Source of the DNA: Octopus vulgaris
Taxonomy: Eukaryota
DNA length: 64,000 nt
Direction: 5' to 3'
Assembly: GCA_951406725.2 (NCBI GenBank)
Contig: OX597832.1
Location: forward strand, 69,316,001-69,380,000
Of the stretch, positions 42,883 through 56,980 are shown piece by piece (within the stretch, counting starts at the first letter, position 1; each line of letters begins with the position of its first letter). Under the pieces are notes generated by a model, which was not told where the DNA came from, did no database searches, and was given only the letters and a program-made list of their open reading frames with translations. The translations under genes and the position numbers were made by a program.

Positions 42883-43479
42883 TATAATTTGTGCACAGAG
42901 CATAAGATGGCAAGACAATTTTTATTTAGAGAGTACCGTCATGTCTTCACCCAGCCTGTTACCCCCGAAGATGACTTTTAAATGAAGTAGAACATGGTTA
43001 AAAATTGAATAAAATTTATTTAAGGATCACCTCTCTCCTACCCAGCATCATCAGATTTTGTGAAAAGGTTGCTTTCAATGAAACTTTCCCAGAAATATTT
43101 TCTTGAGAGGGCAGATTATAAAATTTGCAAATTTTTCTTGAGAAAGAAAGTTAGTGGAGCATATTTCTATACTCTTCAACTGTTTCCTCCAGACTTTCTT
43201 AAAAAAAAACATTTTCTAATGAAATTTTCTGGAGATTTACAAGGCTGTCCACTATGTTTCTTTTGATAACAGGAAAAATATTTCAATTGTAATTTACATC
43301 GGAAACATCTTCCTAGAATATTTCATTACAAAATATGCATTTAGCAGTCTTTTGTAGGGGTAAAAGAGAATGATCCTCTAAATCTATTTTTTAATTTTTC
43401 CCCCACATAATCATCTAAAATATATCCCAGAAAACTTCAGTAAAAAAAAATCCATAAAAACAGAAAAATGTCATTTTAA

Positions 43480-43635
43480 GAAAGTTATGAGGAAATAACG
43501 TCCATGAGAGAAAAAGTTATGAGGAAATAAAGTCCACGAGAGAAAATTTATGGGGAAATAATGTCCATGAGGGAAAAGTTACAAACAAATAATGTCTGTA
43601 AGGGGAAAGTTATGGGGAAATAATGTCCGTGAGAG
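43480..43635. repeat. About 31-bp minisatellite, about 5 copies
   Basis: Unit approximately aaagttatgaggaaataatgtccatgagaga. Confidence 0.88.
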
Positions 43636-44192
43636 ATAGGAACACTTCAGTAGTTATCCACTCTTTAAGGGTCAGGTTCTGTCTTCTTACAATGTCTGAT
43701 GGTTACTGGATTTGTCCAACACTCAGGTTCAAATCATGAAACAAATTTTACTTTTTTTTTTATAGTAAGCCCTAAGCAAAAAAAAAGGGAAACAGAAAAT
43801 GAACATTTAGATCACTCCAAAGAACATCTTGCAGATAGTTTGTCTTATCTGATGGAGGAAGAATGAAAAATTTCCATAATTAGTATTTAATTTGTAAGGT
43901 AGTTATATAAATACATTTTCTGACTGATTGCTTTAACTTAAAAAGCGTCAATAAACAAAATGTTAGAAAATATTTAGTCAAGTCTTATTTATAATAAATC
44001 TAAAACAATTTTTAAATATTTCCATTAGAAAAATCGTTAGTTTTCTAAAGGCATTTGTTGAAATTTATAATTCAAGAAACACATTTCTAATGAGATATTG
44101 ATGTATTAGTTTCACTATCTAATTGTCTGTTTGTTTACAGATACATAATAATACACATATAGACATATGCATACACATACACACATTCCTAC

Positions 44193-44328
<136 letters not shown>

Positions 44329-45095
44329 CTATATTTATACATACATATATATATATACAGATACACAGCACTATTAATGATAAGACAGATACTAGAAAAT
44401 GTCAAAATACAATGAAAACGGAGAATAACAGTTAAAATAATTAAGCTACTCCAGTTGTATGTAAATCTATCTTCTGTGCTGAGAATATTGTCTAGCTTCA
44501 TTCAGAGATTTGAGTAAAATTCTTTGCATTCTAAAATAATTATAAAATGATATCAATTGACTAATGTGTGTGTTCGTATATTTGGCTCTATATAGGTATG
44601 TGTGTATATGTGCATGTATATGTGGATGGGTGGATGGGGCTATGCAGGTATTTCTAAAGATATAGATATTATTAGATATGTGTTTGTAAATATATGTCAT
44701 TAGAAATTTATATATTTTTTCCTATTTCTGCATCATGTAATTGATTTTATTGTTCTCAAGATTTCATATAAGTTTAAGTATGTTTATTCAAAATCAAGCT
44801 TTCACACACACAACAAGCATACACTCATGCACACAAACATGTATGTGTGTGTGCGTGTGTGTGAGTGTATGTGTGCATATGTGTGCGTGTATATAGATAT
44901 ATACACACATACATGCAGACATGTATATCTATATACTTGCACACATACATAGATATATATATATATATATATAAATATACATATATATGCAGATGTAAAT
45001 TCTATGCATACACACATCTGTATACATGCATATGCATATATATGAACATTATAGCTATACACACATATTCATACATGCATGTATATATATGTATG

Positions 45096-45193
<98 letters not shown>

Positions 45194-45481
45194 CACACAC
45201 ACACACATATAATCAATAACAACAGTAAATTGAATTTATTTTCCCACCTCAAGGGTATTTTATATAATATCACCTTTCTTTTGCAATTTTATTCTAGAAG
45301 ACATGCATTATTTTTAATTTACAAAAATGTTAAATAGCTTAATAGAGATTCTGTTACGTTTAAACAGTATAATGTAATTACTAAAACGTTAGGCATTATA
45401 CAATACTTACACAATATACATCCATATGTATGTCTGTTATGTAATACATACACAATATACAGATATGTGTATGTCTATGTT

Positions 45482-45865
45482 TCTTCTTTTACTTGTTTCA
45501 CTTACTAGACTGTGGCCATGCTGGAGCACCACCTGGAGGAATTGACCCCAGGACTTAATTGTTTTTTAAGCCTGCTACTTATTTTATTGTTCTCTTTTGC
45601 TAAACTGCTAAGTTATGAGGATGTAAACTCACCAACACCGGTTGTCAAGTGTTGGTAGGAGACAAACACAAAGACATAGATTCACACACACACACACACG
45701 ATGGGCTTCTTTCAGTTTCTCTCCAGCAAATCCATTGACAAGGCTTTGGTTGGCCTGAGGCTATAGCAGAAGACAGTTTCCCCAGGTTACCAAGCAGTGG
45801 GACTGAACTTAAAACACTATGCGGTTGCTAAGTAAGTTTCTTAACTACACAACCATGTCTGGGCC
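45482..45865 (-). mobile_element. tRNA-derived SINE family A copy
   Basis: Reverse complement is colinear with 8619-9000. Confidence 0.82.
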
Positions 45866-46781
45866 TGGATGATTTAATTTCATAGACATCTTTTTTTTGG
45901 GGGTTTTTGCTATGTTTTATTTAACAAGTCAAGACAAGGAGACACAAACCCAAACATGCTTTGCAGGGCTTGTAAAATAAAAGGTCATGAATGCTGTTCA
46001 TTCTTTGACTTATCCTGAAAATATTACAAAAAAGAAAATGATTGTCCTGACTCTTATTAACAGAACCAACCATACTTTCTTGTGGAAGAGGAAGCTTCTA
46101 TGCACTTATGCAGCCTGCTAGAAATAGCAGCAAAATCTCACCATGATCACATCTAAAAGGTATTAGGGAAAGAAATGACATCATATAATGTAGCTCTATA
46201 TACCCCTAAAATGAGGGATATAAAACTCCACACCTTTGGAATGCCTTTTATTTTAGGGATGATCTGGAGCAAAACAACAGTTGAACCAGATGACTGACTT
46301 TTATTTGAACATCTTAAAGCTTCAACATTTAGCAGCTGATTTGGTAGAAACACATCAGATGATCCACCATTTCTCTAACAATTACTTTGGTCACCTTTTG
46401 GAACTCAATATCTCTACCACCCATGGATTGGAACCAAAACAAAAACATCACAGAACCCATAATTTTGAGACACACTTCTTTACATTTGGAATTGTTGAAG
46501 CATTAAATAAACTACTTACATCGATTGTTAGTTGTTAGGACATTACATCCTTCAAAAACTCCATGCTTTCCAAAATTATCCAGTATTAATCATGATACGT
46601 TTATGAACCGTTTCCTCTTTATGGCTCTTTTGACTGATCCCTTTCCTCTCTTTTATTCCATGTCCTATACACACACTTTTAGTTTCCATTGTTGTCCTTC
46701 TTTACTTTTTGCTGTTTTTTCTCCCCTGCTACCTTTTCAAAACAAGTTATAATGCACCGAAGCACTGAGCAGAATAAGCAG

Positions 46782-46816
<35 letters not shown>

Positions 46817-46868
46817 TATTACTATTATTATTATTATTATTACTATTATTACTATTATTATTATTATT

Positions 46869-47290
46869 GAGTGAGCGAGCAGAGCATGCCATCAAAGTGA
46901 CACTGGGATAAAATATACGAAGCCCAGTATACCCATCATGACTACCCGTCTGATAAGGGTACACCAGGCACATGCATCACAACCATATGTGCGCGACATG
47001 GTGATTTCATATCAAGATAAACAGCACATGACCTTGCAGGTGGAGCCCAGTTAGAATTTTCTTCAGATCGAGTAACCCATCCTGCTCAAAAGGTCCCTGA
47101 ATAAGGGTTGTTTAAGGACGTTGAACGAAACACCCATGTTTCCAGAGGTGAATTATTAAAACCCCAAAGAATCCTTCTCAACACATGGCTATGATGCTCC
47201 CCCACTACTTCTGCTCGTGATCAGAGATGCACATATCGTCAGCCACTAAGGGACATGCTCAACTGGTTACGGTCAAACAACTGACAAGCA
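46869..47290 (-). mobile_element. 422-bp insertion in (TAA)n; probable 3' end of an R4/Dong-type element
   Basis: Sharp (TAA)n borders on both sides. Minus-strand peptide SHVLRRIL parallels the AHILRKIL C-terminus of the neighbouring element. Confidence 0.55.
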
Positions 47291-47349
<59 letters not shown>

Positions 47350-47388
47350 TATTACTATTATTATTAATATTATTATTATTATTATTAA

Positions 47389-47436
<48 letters not shown>

Positions 47437-47448
47437 TACTATTATTAT

Positions 47449-47613
47449 TCTATGTTTGACTTTTGCTTTATATTTGTACAAGTTGGCTCCAAGTCTCACC
47501 CAGAGACCTCAAGAGACAACAGGGTTGGAAGTTCATGTTGTTGTTATGCCTAGTGTGCCATATATTTGGGGGTGGGGATGTTGTACTAATGAATGTCTAA
47601 AAAGAAAAAAAAA

Positions 47614-47650
<37 letters not shown>

Positions 47651-48119
47651 CGAAAATTATGTTTGTTTTAAACCTTGAGATTACATAGAGAGTATTTTGC
47701 GTAGGATATGAGCAGTTCCCATGAGCACTATCTTTTGAACTTCTGCCATTTTTGGGTTTCCTGGTATCTGAGTTAGGTAGCTATCAGCCCCTTTTGCTAT
47801 CATTCCCAGGGCACCTATGACAACAGGTATTGTTTTAGTCTTCAGCTTCCACATTTTGCTGATTTCTATTTCAAGATCTTTATATTTGCTCAGTTTTTGG
47901 TAGGTCTTGACAGATACGTTTATATCGATTGGGACAGTCATATCAATGAGGAGGCATGTTCTTTGTTTGAAGTTTTTCAATATGATGTCTGGCCTATTTG
48001 CATCTATCTTCCTGTCAGTTTGAATGGTGAAGTTCCAGAGGAGTGAGATGTGGTCATTTTCAAGCACTGGGGTGGTTTGTGTTCCCACCAGTTTTTTTCA
48101 TGGGGCAATCAGGTTTTTA
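47449..48119 (-). mobile_element. R4/Dong-type non-LTR retrotransposon 3' fragment (restriction-like endonuclease domain + 3' UTR)
   Basis: WWEHKP / VLEND..LLWNFTIQTDRKIDANRPDII...LLIDMTVP...KLSKYKDL...IPVVIGALG is a PD-(D/E)xK RLE domain; flanked by (TAA)n, the established Dong target. Confidence 0.9.
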
Positions 48120-48141
48120 CTATTATTACTATTATTATTAA

Positions 48142-48207
<66 letters not shown>

Positions 48208-48210
48208 TAC

Positions 48211-48261
<51 letters not shown>

Positions 48262-48282
48262 CACTATTATTACTATTATTTA

Positions 48283-48492
48283 AGGCAGACAGCAGGCAAA
48301 AGCATTAGTGTGCTAGGTAAAATGCTTAGCAACATTACTTATGCTCTGAGTTCAAATTCCTTTGAGATCAACTTTGCCCTTCATCCTTTAGGGATTGATA
48401 AAATAAGTACCAGTTGAGTACTGGGTTCGATGTAATCAACTAGTTCCCTCTTTCAAAATTTCAGGCCTTGTGCCTATAGCAGAAAGGATTAT
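48283..48492 (+). mobile_element. SINE family B copy
   Basis: B-box-like gagttcaaattcc and a conserved gataaaataagtaccagttg core; further decayed copies follow at about 48583-48800 and 48830-48985. Confidence 0.72.
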
Positions 48493-48999
48493 TATTATTA
48501 TTAACTTTTAGACATCCTCTAATATGCATCTCTGACTTTTGTCTTGTATTCTTCCCAATTATTCCGTCAAGACTTTCTACTAAGGTGGCAAACTAGCAGA
48601 ATCTTTACCATGCTGGACAAAATGCTTAGCAGCATTCTTTCTGGCATTCTACCGACAGAGTCCAGAGTACTGATTCTGCCAAGGTCGACTTTACCTTTTG
48701 GTCCCTTCAGAGACTGACTCCCAGTTAAGTACTAGAGTTCCTGTAATCAACTTGCCTCCTCCTCTAAAATTAGAGGCATTACACCAAAATTATAATTATA
48801 ATCTGAAGCTATAAAAGCTGCTGAGTTGAACTGAATCATTAGCACACTTGACAAAGTGCTTTGCATCATTTCTTCTGGTTTTACACTGTGAGTTAAAATT
48901 CCCACTGAGGCCAATGTAAGAGACAAGACTCTACCCACCACTGCACACACACACTTCAGACTTTGGGCTTATTGTAGAAAATTATTATATATACGTATA

Positions 49000-49615
49000 G
49001 TCATTGTTCAGTTTCATTTCAAAATTTCTTGCCAAAAGAGAAAGAGCTGATTTCTAACCTAGATCCAAACTCCTCCATTGGTATTTTTGTTTGTTTGTTT
49101 GTTTGTTTGTTTGTTTGTTTGTTTGTTTGTTTGTTTGTATGTTTGTTTGTTTGTATGTATGTATGTATGTATGTATGTATGTATGTATGTATGTATGTAT
49201 GTATGTATGTATGTATGTATGCATGCATGTATGTGCAATTTGTATGTTTTATGTAATTATTCTCATTCTTATAGTTGCACATCTAGACATATTCATATAT
49301 GTTTAAATGATCAACTACAGCATGCATACATACAGTTACAACTACAGCCGGCTATTACAGATTTTACAGATTTTTACAGTTCCAGTGATGGATTGGATCT
49401 GTAGTCTTCGAATTAGCTTTCTCCTTTCTGGCTTTAAGATGCCTAATTTCTCAAGATTGGTATTTAGGCAGTGTGTTACATATTCCAGAGCCCTAATAAT
49501 TTTTGGTATAAACCTGAACTTGTAATCTGGATAGAGTAACTGCAAGATTTCTCAATAGTTCAGCATAGGTGTTTTCTTTTACATTGATCTTCAGCTTTAT
49601 GTTAACATCTGCTGG
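49000..49615 (-). mobile_element. R4/Dong-like 3' fragment of another family with TTTG/TATG microsatellite in its 3' UTR
   Basis: YAELLRNLQLLYPDYKFRFIPKIIRALEYV...QSITGTVKICK resembles the RLE C-terminus (P.IIGALG). The boundary on the UTR side is approximate. Confidence 0.65.
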
Positions 49616-50331
49616 GCAGTATGTATGTAGGCATGCATGCAGGCATGTAAGTATGAATATATGTATGTAAAGCTGGACTCAAGAGTCATCTTCATAGTCA
49701 TAAAGAGAGACAGATGATTGACAACTAGGCCACTGGTGGTGGTACTACACACTATACTAATCATATCTGTCAGGCATGTAGAAGGAAGCATAATTTGGCA
49801 AGAAGACTTAAATAACTTGCAAAGGTACATGAAGCGCAGTTACAACTACAGCCGGCTATTGCCAGAAAAGGTTTTAGCTGCCAATTCTGTACAAGACATT
49901 GTAGATCTTTAGCTGGGCTAAAAAGTCATATTTGATCACAGCACCATTAACAGTTAAGCCTCATGCAATGGCCATACTCAATAGCGAGGGGGTAGCCATC
50001 ATGTATGTATGTACGTATGCATCTATGTGCATGTATGGATAATAAGCATTGCTGTAGTATCACTCAGACACTCTAATAATTTACTTCCAAAAAACCAAAC
50101 AGCCACATTCTTTGGTTAAATTCTACTGCAACTCAAACAATGCTTCTTAGTGGAATTATTCTTTATAATTTTAAATAAACTAGTCAAGAGGGTGAGGAAG
50201 AGAGAGAGAGAGAGCTAATGGCCTTTAGAGATTCTTTCAGACACGTGAGAGAGATGTGGCTGATCCTCACCTCAAACATCTGTTGCTTGTTGTCTGCAGG
50301 AAAAGCCACCATTAATCATATAGCACGGAAT

Positions 50332-50378
50332 AGTGTCAGCGACAAGGTCGCAGATATATGAGAAAATATTTTGACACT
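50332..50378 (+). ncRNA. Degenerate relative of the 4244-4293 hammerhead motif
   Basis: AGUGUCA GCGACAA G GUCGC agauau AUGA GAAAAUAUUU UGACACU has the same layout with stem I maintained by different base pairs. Core and stem II are damaged, so it is probably inactive. Confidence 0.5.
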
Positions 50379-51679
50379 TTATATATTATACAGTATGCTA
50401 TATTACAAAAACTGAAAAGAAAAAAACAGTGAATAGAAAATGGTATATATGTGTTGTGTGTATTTTAAATGGTTTTCACAGTTCTACAATAATATTAGTG
50501 TCATACAAACACATATATGCATATACACACAATCAGACATGCAAAGTTATACACACTCACACATATACAAACACACACACACACACATAAATTATATGTA
50601 AAATGCAATGAACAGTAAAAAAAGACAACAAACGAGACAAAATTTAATATGGTATTAGCTTAATGCTAAAAAGGAAAGAGAAAGTCTTAACTTTTTGGAC
50701 ATTAGTTCTTCATCAGAAGAAATAGAAAAGCAACAGACATGCACAAAACATGTATGTGTACGCACATACACACACACAAGTAATAGTCTTCTTCCAACAT
50801 CAGCAAATATTACAATACTTGTCTCCTGCCAGAAGATTCTTTTCTTCTCTGAAGAGATAAGAGCCATAATAACTTGCCATATTGATTGAAGAAGAAATAA
50901 AATAATTATCTAATTTCTCGCTAATAGTGGATTATGTACACACACACACATTTTACATTATATGAATTAGATTAGTGTGATAGTTTAGAAATTCTGGTGT
51001 AGTGTAAAAAACCATTACGGGTATGTTCTCTTGAAACTTTCATTAAAACACGACTAAGCTACTCTGATATAAAACATGCTAACATAGCTGAGAACAAATA
51101 CCTCACTTTGTCCAGACTCTGATATTCTTAGCTTCATCATGAGAATTGCCATAGAATCATGCAAGTTATTCAGATAAGCATTTTTCTGACCCTCCGGATA
51201 GGCATACTTGTTCAACAAGTGCCCATCTATCAATATTCACAGGAAAAAGGTAAGGTCTATGAGCTTTGCAGGACTTTCCATACAGTTTACACTAACTCAA
51301 TTGAATTCCTATCAGGACATCTATTAGCAAAGATCAGTCGAAGAAACGGAGGAAGAGACAGGGTCATCATAACAGAATTGTTGGATCCTGGACAAAGCAA
51401 CTCACTAGGGTCTACAGTATTCTGTAATGCCTTTGTTATGGTTTTCATTGGTCTGCTAAACCATGTCTCCTTCCCCAAGCAATACACTGGGTTCATAGTA
51501 TTTTACGAAGATCAAGCTGCAACTTACACTGGGGTCCCTAGGCCATGAAACCATCCTCAAAAGAGTTCTCTGTGGCTCACAGTATTCATCAGTGCCAAGT
51601 TACCACATATTCTGAGCCTCTAGTCTGGGCAGATACCCCACCACTAGCAAAATATTTGGCATTATATAATATTGATTGC

Positions 51680-51882
51680 ATATTGTGGAACAAGGCCAGC
51701 AATTTAGGTGGAGGGGTAAGTAAATTACTTTGACACGGGCACTCAACTTGTACTTGTTTGTCAACCCTGAAAGGATGAAAGGCAAAGTCGACCTCAGTGG
51801 AATATGAACTCAGAATGTAAAGACGGATGAAATACTGCTAAGCATTTCGCCCAGGGTGCTAACGATTCTGCCAGCTCACTGC
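51680..51882 (-). mobile_element. SINE family B copy
   Basis: Reverse complement reads gagctggcagaatcgttagc...ctgagttcatattccactgaggtcgactttgcctttcatcctttc (A/B-box-like head). Confidence 0.8.
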
Positions 51883-52530
51883 ATTATACTATGACTATAA
51901 TATCAATAATGACAAGCTACTGAGTACATTGGGCCTCTGGTCTGTAGAGCCAGCCCCAAGCAATACATGAAAGACTATAGTATTTATCAACAGAAAAACA
52001 CAACATGCATAAGGTCGCTAAACCGTGCAGACAACCCAAAACAATGCATTGGGGTCTATAGAATTTCTTTATTGACACCAAGTCACAGCATTGATTGGAT
52101 CCTAAGACCATGGGGCCTACTTTCTCTACCAGGGCAACTGCCATGTGTCCTTATGCCATGTGACAGTACTGGACTGGTACAAAACCAGATGTCACAGTCT
52201 AAATGGCTGCAACAATGACCTGCACTAAAGGCACACGATGGCCAGGTGATTGTCTTTAATCTGGTGGACTGTTTGACTAAATAATAAAGTTGTTTTGATT
52301 GGTGTAGGTTATTGAATGTCTTGTTTTAGTTTGAAGCAAGGAGCTACATTTATTTATCACCATTTATATTATATAGACTAAAGTTTAAAAAGGTTATTAA
52401 CAATTTATTACTTCCATTATAAATACACACACACAGAAGTGTGTGTGTATAGACATGCATAAACACATTCATATGCATATAAATATACATATAAGTATAT
52501 TTACACATATATATATATATATAGTTATAG

Positions 52531-52568
<38 letters not shown>

Positions 52569-52998
52569 TTACACAAACACACGCATCACATATATGTATG
52601 TTACTTGTATGTACACTATTTATGCGCGCACACACACACACACACACGTGCGCACGCGCACACACACACACACACGCGCACACACACACACAAACATTTG
52701 TTAATTGTGTGCACACAAGGAACTTTACTTAAGCGATTCAAATTTATCATTGTCTTTATTACGAAATGTCTGTTTAACCAGCTCTCGTTATATTTAGGCA
52801 TTTATTTATTTTGTTAATCAAAATATGTAATTGATGTGTTCTTCTCTCTGAATTCTGTCAATTCCATGTAGCAATTTATCAAAAAACTAAGGAATTCAAA
52901 TATTTTGGAAAAACAAAAAAGAAAGGGAAAAATAAAAGTTACACAAAAATGGCAAAAACATAACTACAAAGAGTATCTTGTTACTGTTGCTGATGTTG

Positions 52999-53030
<32 letters not shown>

Positions 53031-53124
53031 GGTGGTGGCGGTGCTGTTGTGGTTGTTAATGTTGCTGTTGTTGTAGCTGAGTTTCAGGTCACCCCTTACC
53101 ATTCATATTCATGATTAAAATTAT

Positions 53125-53422
53125 TGGGTAAGTGGTAAGAAGCTTGCTTCCCAATCACATGTCCCTGGGTTCAGTCCTACCGCATAGCACCTTGGGCAAG
53201 TGTCTTCTATTATACCAGTGGGTCAAGCAAAGCCTTATGAGTGGATCTGGTAGACAGAAACATCCTTACAACTTAGCAGTTCAGCCAAAAGAGACCAATA
53301 AAATAAGTAACAGGCTTAAAAAACAAAATAAGTCCTGTGGTCAATTTGTTCAACTAAAATTCTTCAAGGTGGTGCCCCAGCATGGCCACAGACCGACAGC
53401 TGAAACAAGTAAAAGACAAAAA
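53125..53422 (+). mobile_element. tRNA-derived SINE family A copy with internal deletion
   Basis: Matches the head (8635-8760) and tail (8860-8995) of the 8619 copy. Confidence 0.8.
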
Positions 53423-54297
53423 GTTTTAGTGGAGGATTTGTTTGGCCTTGCAACCTCATTTGAGGCAGAAACAAGATCTCATCGACTGAGGAGGAACAAC
53501 TGGTTCTAAAACAAAACCTGCCATTCATTATGTGATCACATGATCAACCAGACAATTGGATGTTGTTATACATCGCTGGTCACAATGCACTTTGCATCAT
53601 TTTGGCTTACAAATGATGCCACTCAGAAGCTGGCTAGTCAAGCAAGCCAACGTTCTTGCCTCTAGATCAGAAGTCTAGTCCATTGCTGGGTTAGAACCTG
53701 TGTACATCTCAATGGACTGAAGCAACAGGAAATGAAGTGTTTTGCGCAAGAACACAATGTGCCACTTACTGAGAATTGAACCTATAATCTAGTGATCAAG
53801 GGTGCAATACTGTAACCACTCAGCAATGCATCTTCACAAGTCATAATGTGACCCACACGAAATGGACGAGAAAGATCAAGGCACATTACAACAACTCAGA
53901 ACCCATGCTAGGGATTCCATAAAAATCCTTTTGATGCCCATCCCCTAAGACTGACCCTGGATCAATGATACAAAGTTCTTGCTTTAAAGTGATCTAAATT
54001 GAAGCCCATAATCAAAATTTCATGTTAATCTACGTTCCAAACAGCAGCTTATTAACGAGAAAGTCATCTTATTAAGTTTGTCATTGTTTTCACAGGGAAT
54101 TGGAACAAAAGAAAAGTGTTTCAACAGAAATGTGTGTAGAAAAGTGTTAAAAATAATTAAAAATATTTGTTTATAAAATTGGGTCAGCGGTCAAAAGTAA
54201 ACATTAGCTCAAGCCAGAACCATCTCTGATTTCACCTTTACCTAATCCATGGGTTGAGTTAATGTAGATCTCTGTATTACAAACATTTGCCTGTTTA

Positions 54298-54397
54298 NNN
54301 NNNNNNNNNNNNNNNNNNNNNNNNNNNNNNNNNNNNNNNNNNNNNNNNNNNNNNNNNNNNNNNNNNNNNNNNNNNNNNNNNNNNNNNNNNNNNNNNN
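54298..54397. other. Assembly gap (100 N)
   Basis: Run of exactly 100 n. The true distance and adjacency are unknown. Confidence 1.
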
Positions 54398-55244
54398 GGT
54401 GGATGGAGTTAGCTATTTGCTGGATGCTCTCCATAGTATTAGTTTCTATTACTATATCAACAGTACTCTCTTGTGGGGGTGCCTTTACTACTATATTGAT
54501 ATCATCAACATAGCGAGAGTACATGTTTACGAGTATGGATTTCTGCAGTAGGCATTCTTTAAGCCTTCTGTCCCACCATACCATGAAGAGGTTGGCCACA
54601 TCACCAGCGATACTAACACCGATGGCTGCCCCCTCGTCCTGGGCATATATTTTATTATTAAATTTAAATGTGTGGCCTTTTAGGGTAACTCTTATACTAG
54701 CTCCTAGTGCATGTGCGATCATTTTCTTTACCTGATGGACAATTGCGGGGCTCCGTATGGCTCTGGTCCATCCGCGCCATCTTTCTATATGTGTCTTCCT
54801 AGCCATAGAAGTAATTGTAGGCGGTCTACCTCTTAAACATCTACTGGGGCAGAAACTACTAAGATTATGTTTATCTAAGTATTCACTATTATATGTCAGT
54901 CTAAGTAGGAGGCCCAGTTCTTCTGTGTCGACATTACAGAACTCCACCTGGCTCTCGTTGATCATCTCCACGCACTTCTCCACTGCAACATCTACGTCAA
55001 TCGATGGGTATAGGGATACCACATCCATGCTACCTACTATACATCCTGTCAAGTCACAAGTTTTGTTACAGTCACTGATCCTGCTTAGGAGATCTTCTGT
55101 GCTGTCACACACATCAGGTGACATCCTGATTATAGGGCGTATGATCATTGAGAGGAAGTAGGAGATTCTGTAATTGCTAGCGATATTCGCTCCACAGACT
55201 GGTCTTGTTGGTGGTCCTGCTATAGGGTCAGTAAAACTACCCCA
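54398..55244 (-). mobile_element. Penelope-like element (PLE) reverse transcriptase, open frame, cut by the gap
   Basis: GPPTRPVCGA, IVGSMDVVSLYPSI, FKFNNKIYAQDEGAAIGVSIAGDVANLFM and YSRYVDDI are PLE/TERT-type RT motifs 2-5. No stop occurs from 55244 to the gap. Confidence 0.88.
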
Positions 55245-55334
55245 CTAAACACCCCAACCATAGACTACCAGTACTAGACACTGAACTCTGGCTAGAAATT
55301 GTGAAAAATAAAACCCAAATCCTTCATTCATACT

Positions 55335-56245
<911 letters not shown>

Positions 56246-56265
56246 TTGTCAAAAGTTACATTGAA

Positions 56266-56488
56266 ACATTGAATAATATGGGTTCAAAAAACGTTTTTTA
56301 CATAATTGTCACATTGAATATTATGCATTCAAAAAAGTTGTTTACATAATTGTCCCATTGGATATTATGGGTTCAAAAGTTTTACATAATTGTCACATTG
56401 AATATTATGCATTCAAAAAGTTTTTTACATAATTGTCACATTGGATATTATGAATTCAAAAATGTTTTTATACATAATTGTCACATTA
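56266..56488. repeat. About 40-44-bp minisatellite, about 5 copies
   Basis: Unit approximately acattgaatattatgcattcaaaaagttttttacataattgtc. Confidence 0.9.
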
Positions 56489-56724
56489 TTTGGGGAAAAT
56501 TTGGCAGAAAAGGATAAAACAAATATATTATTGGGAATTGGTTGCGTTAATTATTGGTTGTCGCAAATTGTCACATTACATGTATATATATACAATCTTT
56601 GGTATATATATACAGCGTTTAAACAACAAAAATTAAAATGGATTTTTTGTCATCTCAGAATATTTTAAGTATGTATATAAAAATACATATATATATATAT
56701 ACATATATATATATACATACATAC

Positions 56725-56755
<31 letters not shown>

Positions 56756-56811
56756 CATATATACATATATATATATATATACATATATACATATATATAT
56801 ATATACATACA

Positions 56812-56851
<40 letters not shown>

Positions 56852-56858
56852 TACATAT

Positions 56859-56965
<107 letters not shown>

Positions 56966-56980
56966 TATGCATATATATAT

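Larger units (their letters stand above)
46782..48280. repeat. (CAT)n/(TAT)n trinucleotide arrays (46782-46868, 47291-47448, 48120-48280) hosting two insertions
   Basis: Directly visible. Confidence 0.95.

Noticed and set aside
43480-43635. CRISPR-like periodicity
   Set aside because: Head-to-tail units without unique spacers in eukaryotic DNA, so a minisatellite.
50680-50716. Minus-strand CUGAUGA-A-GAAC-uaau-GUCC-AAAAAG-UUAAGAC, hammerhead-like
   Set aside because: GAAA is absent and stems I and II pair poorly. At most a dead relic.
51050-51670. Possible DNA transposase relic on the minus strand
   Set aside because: Only vague peptide resemblance, with many stops and no termini.
53484-53512. 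CUGAGGA-GGAAC-aacug-GUUCU-AAAAC
   Set aside because: Lacks G12, and no stem I or III pairing was found.
54204-54297. C-terminal part of the 314-aa ORF beyond the N run
   Set aside because: Translation through an assembly gap; the sequence is not RT-like.
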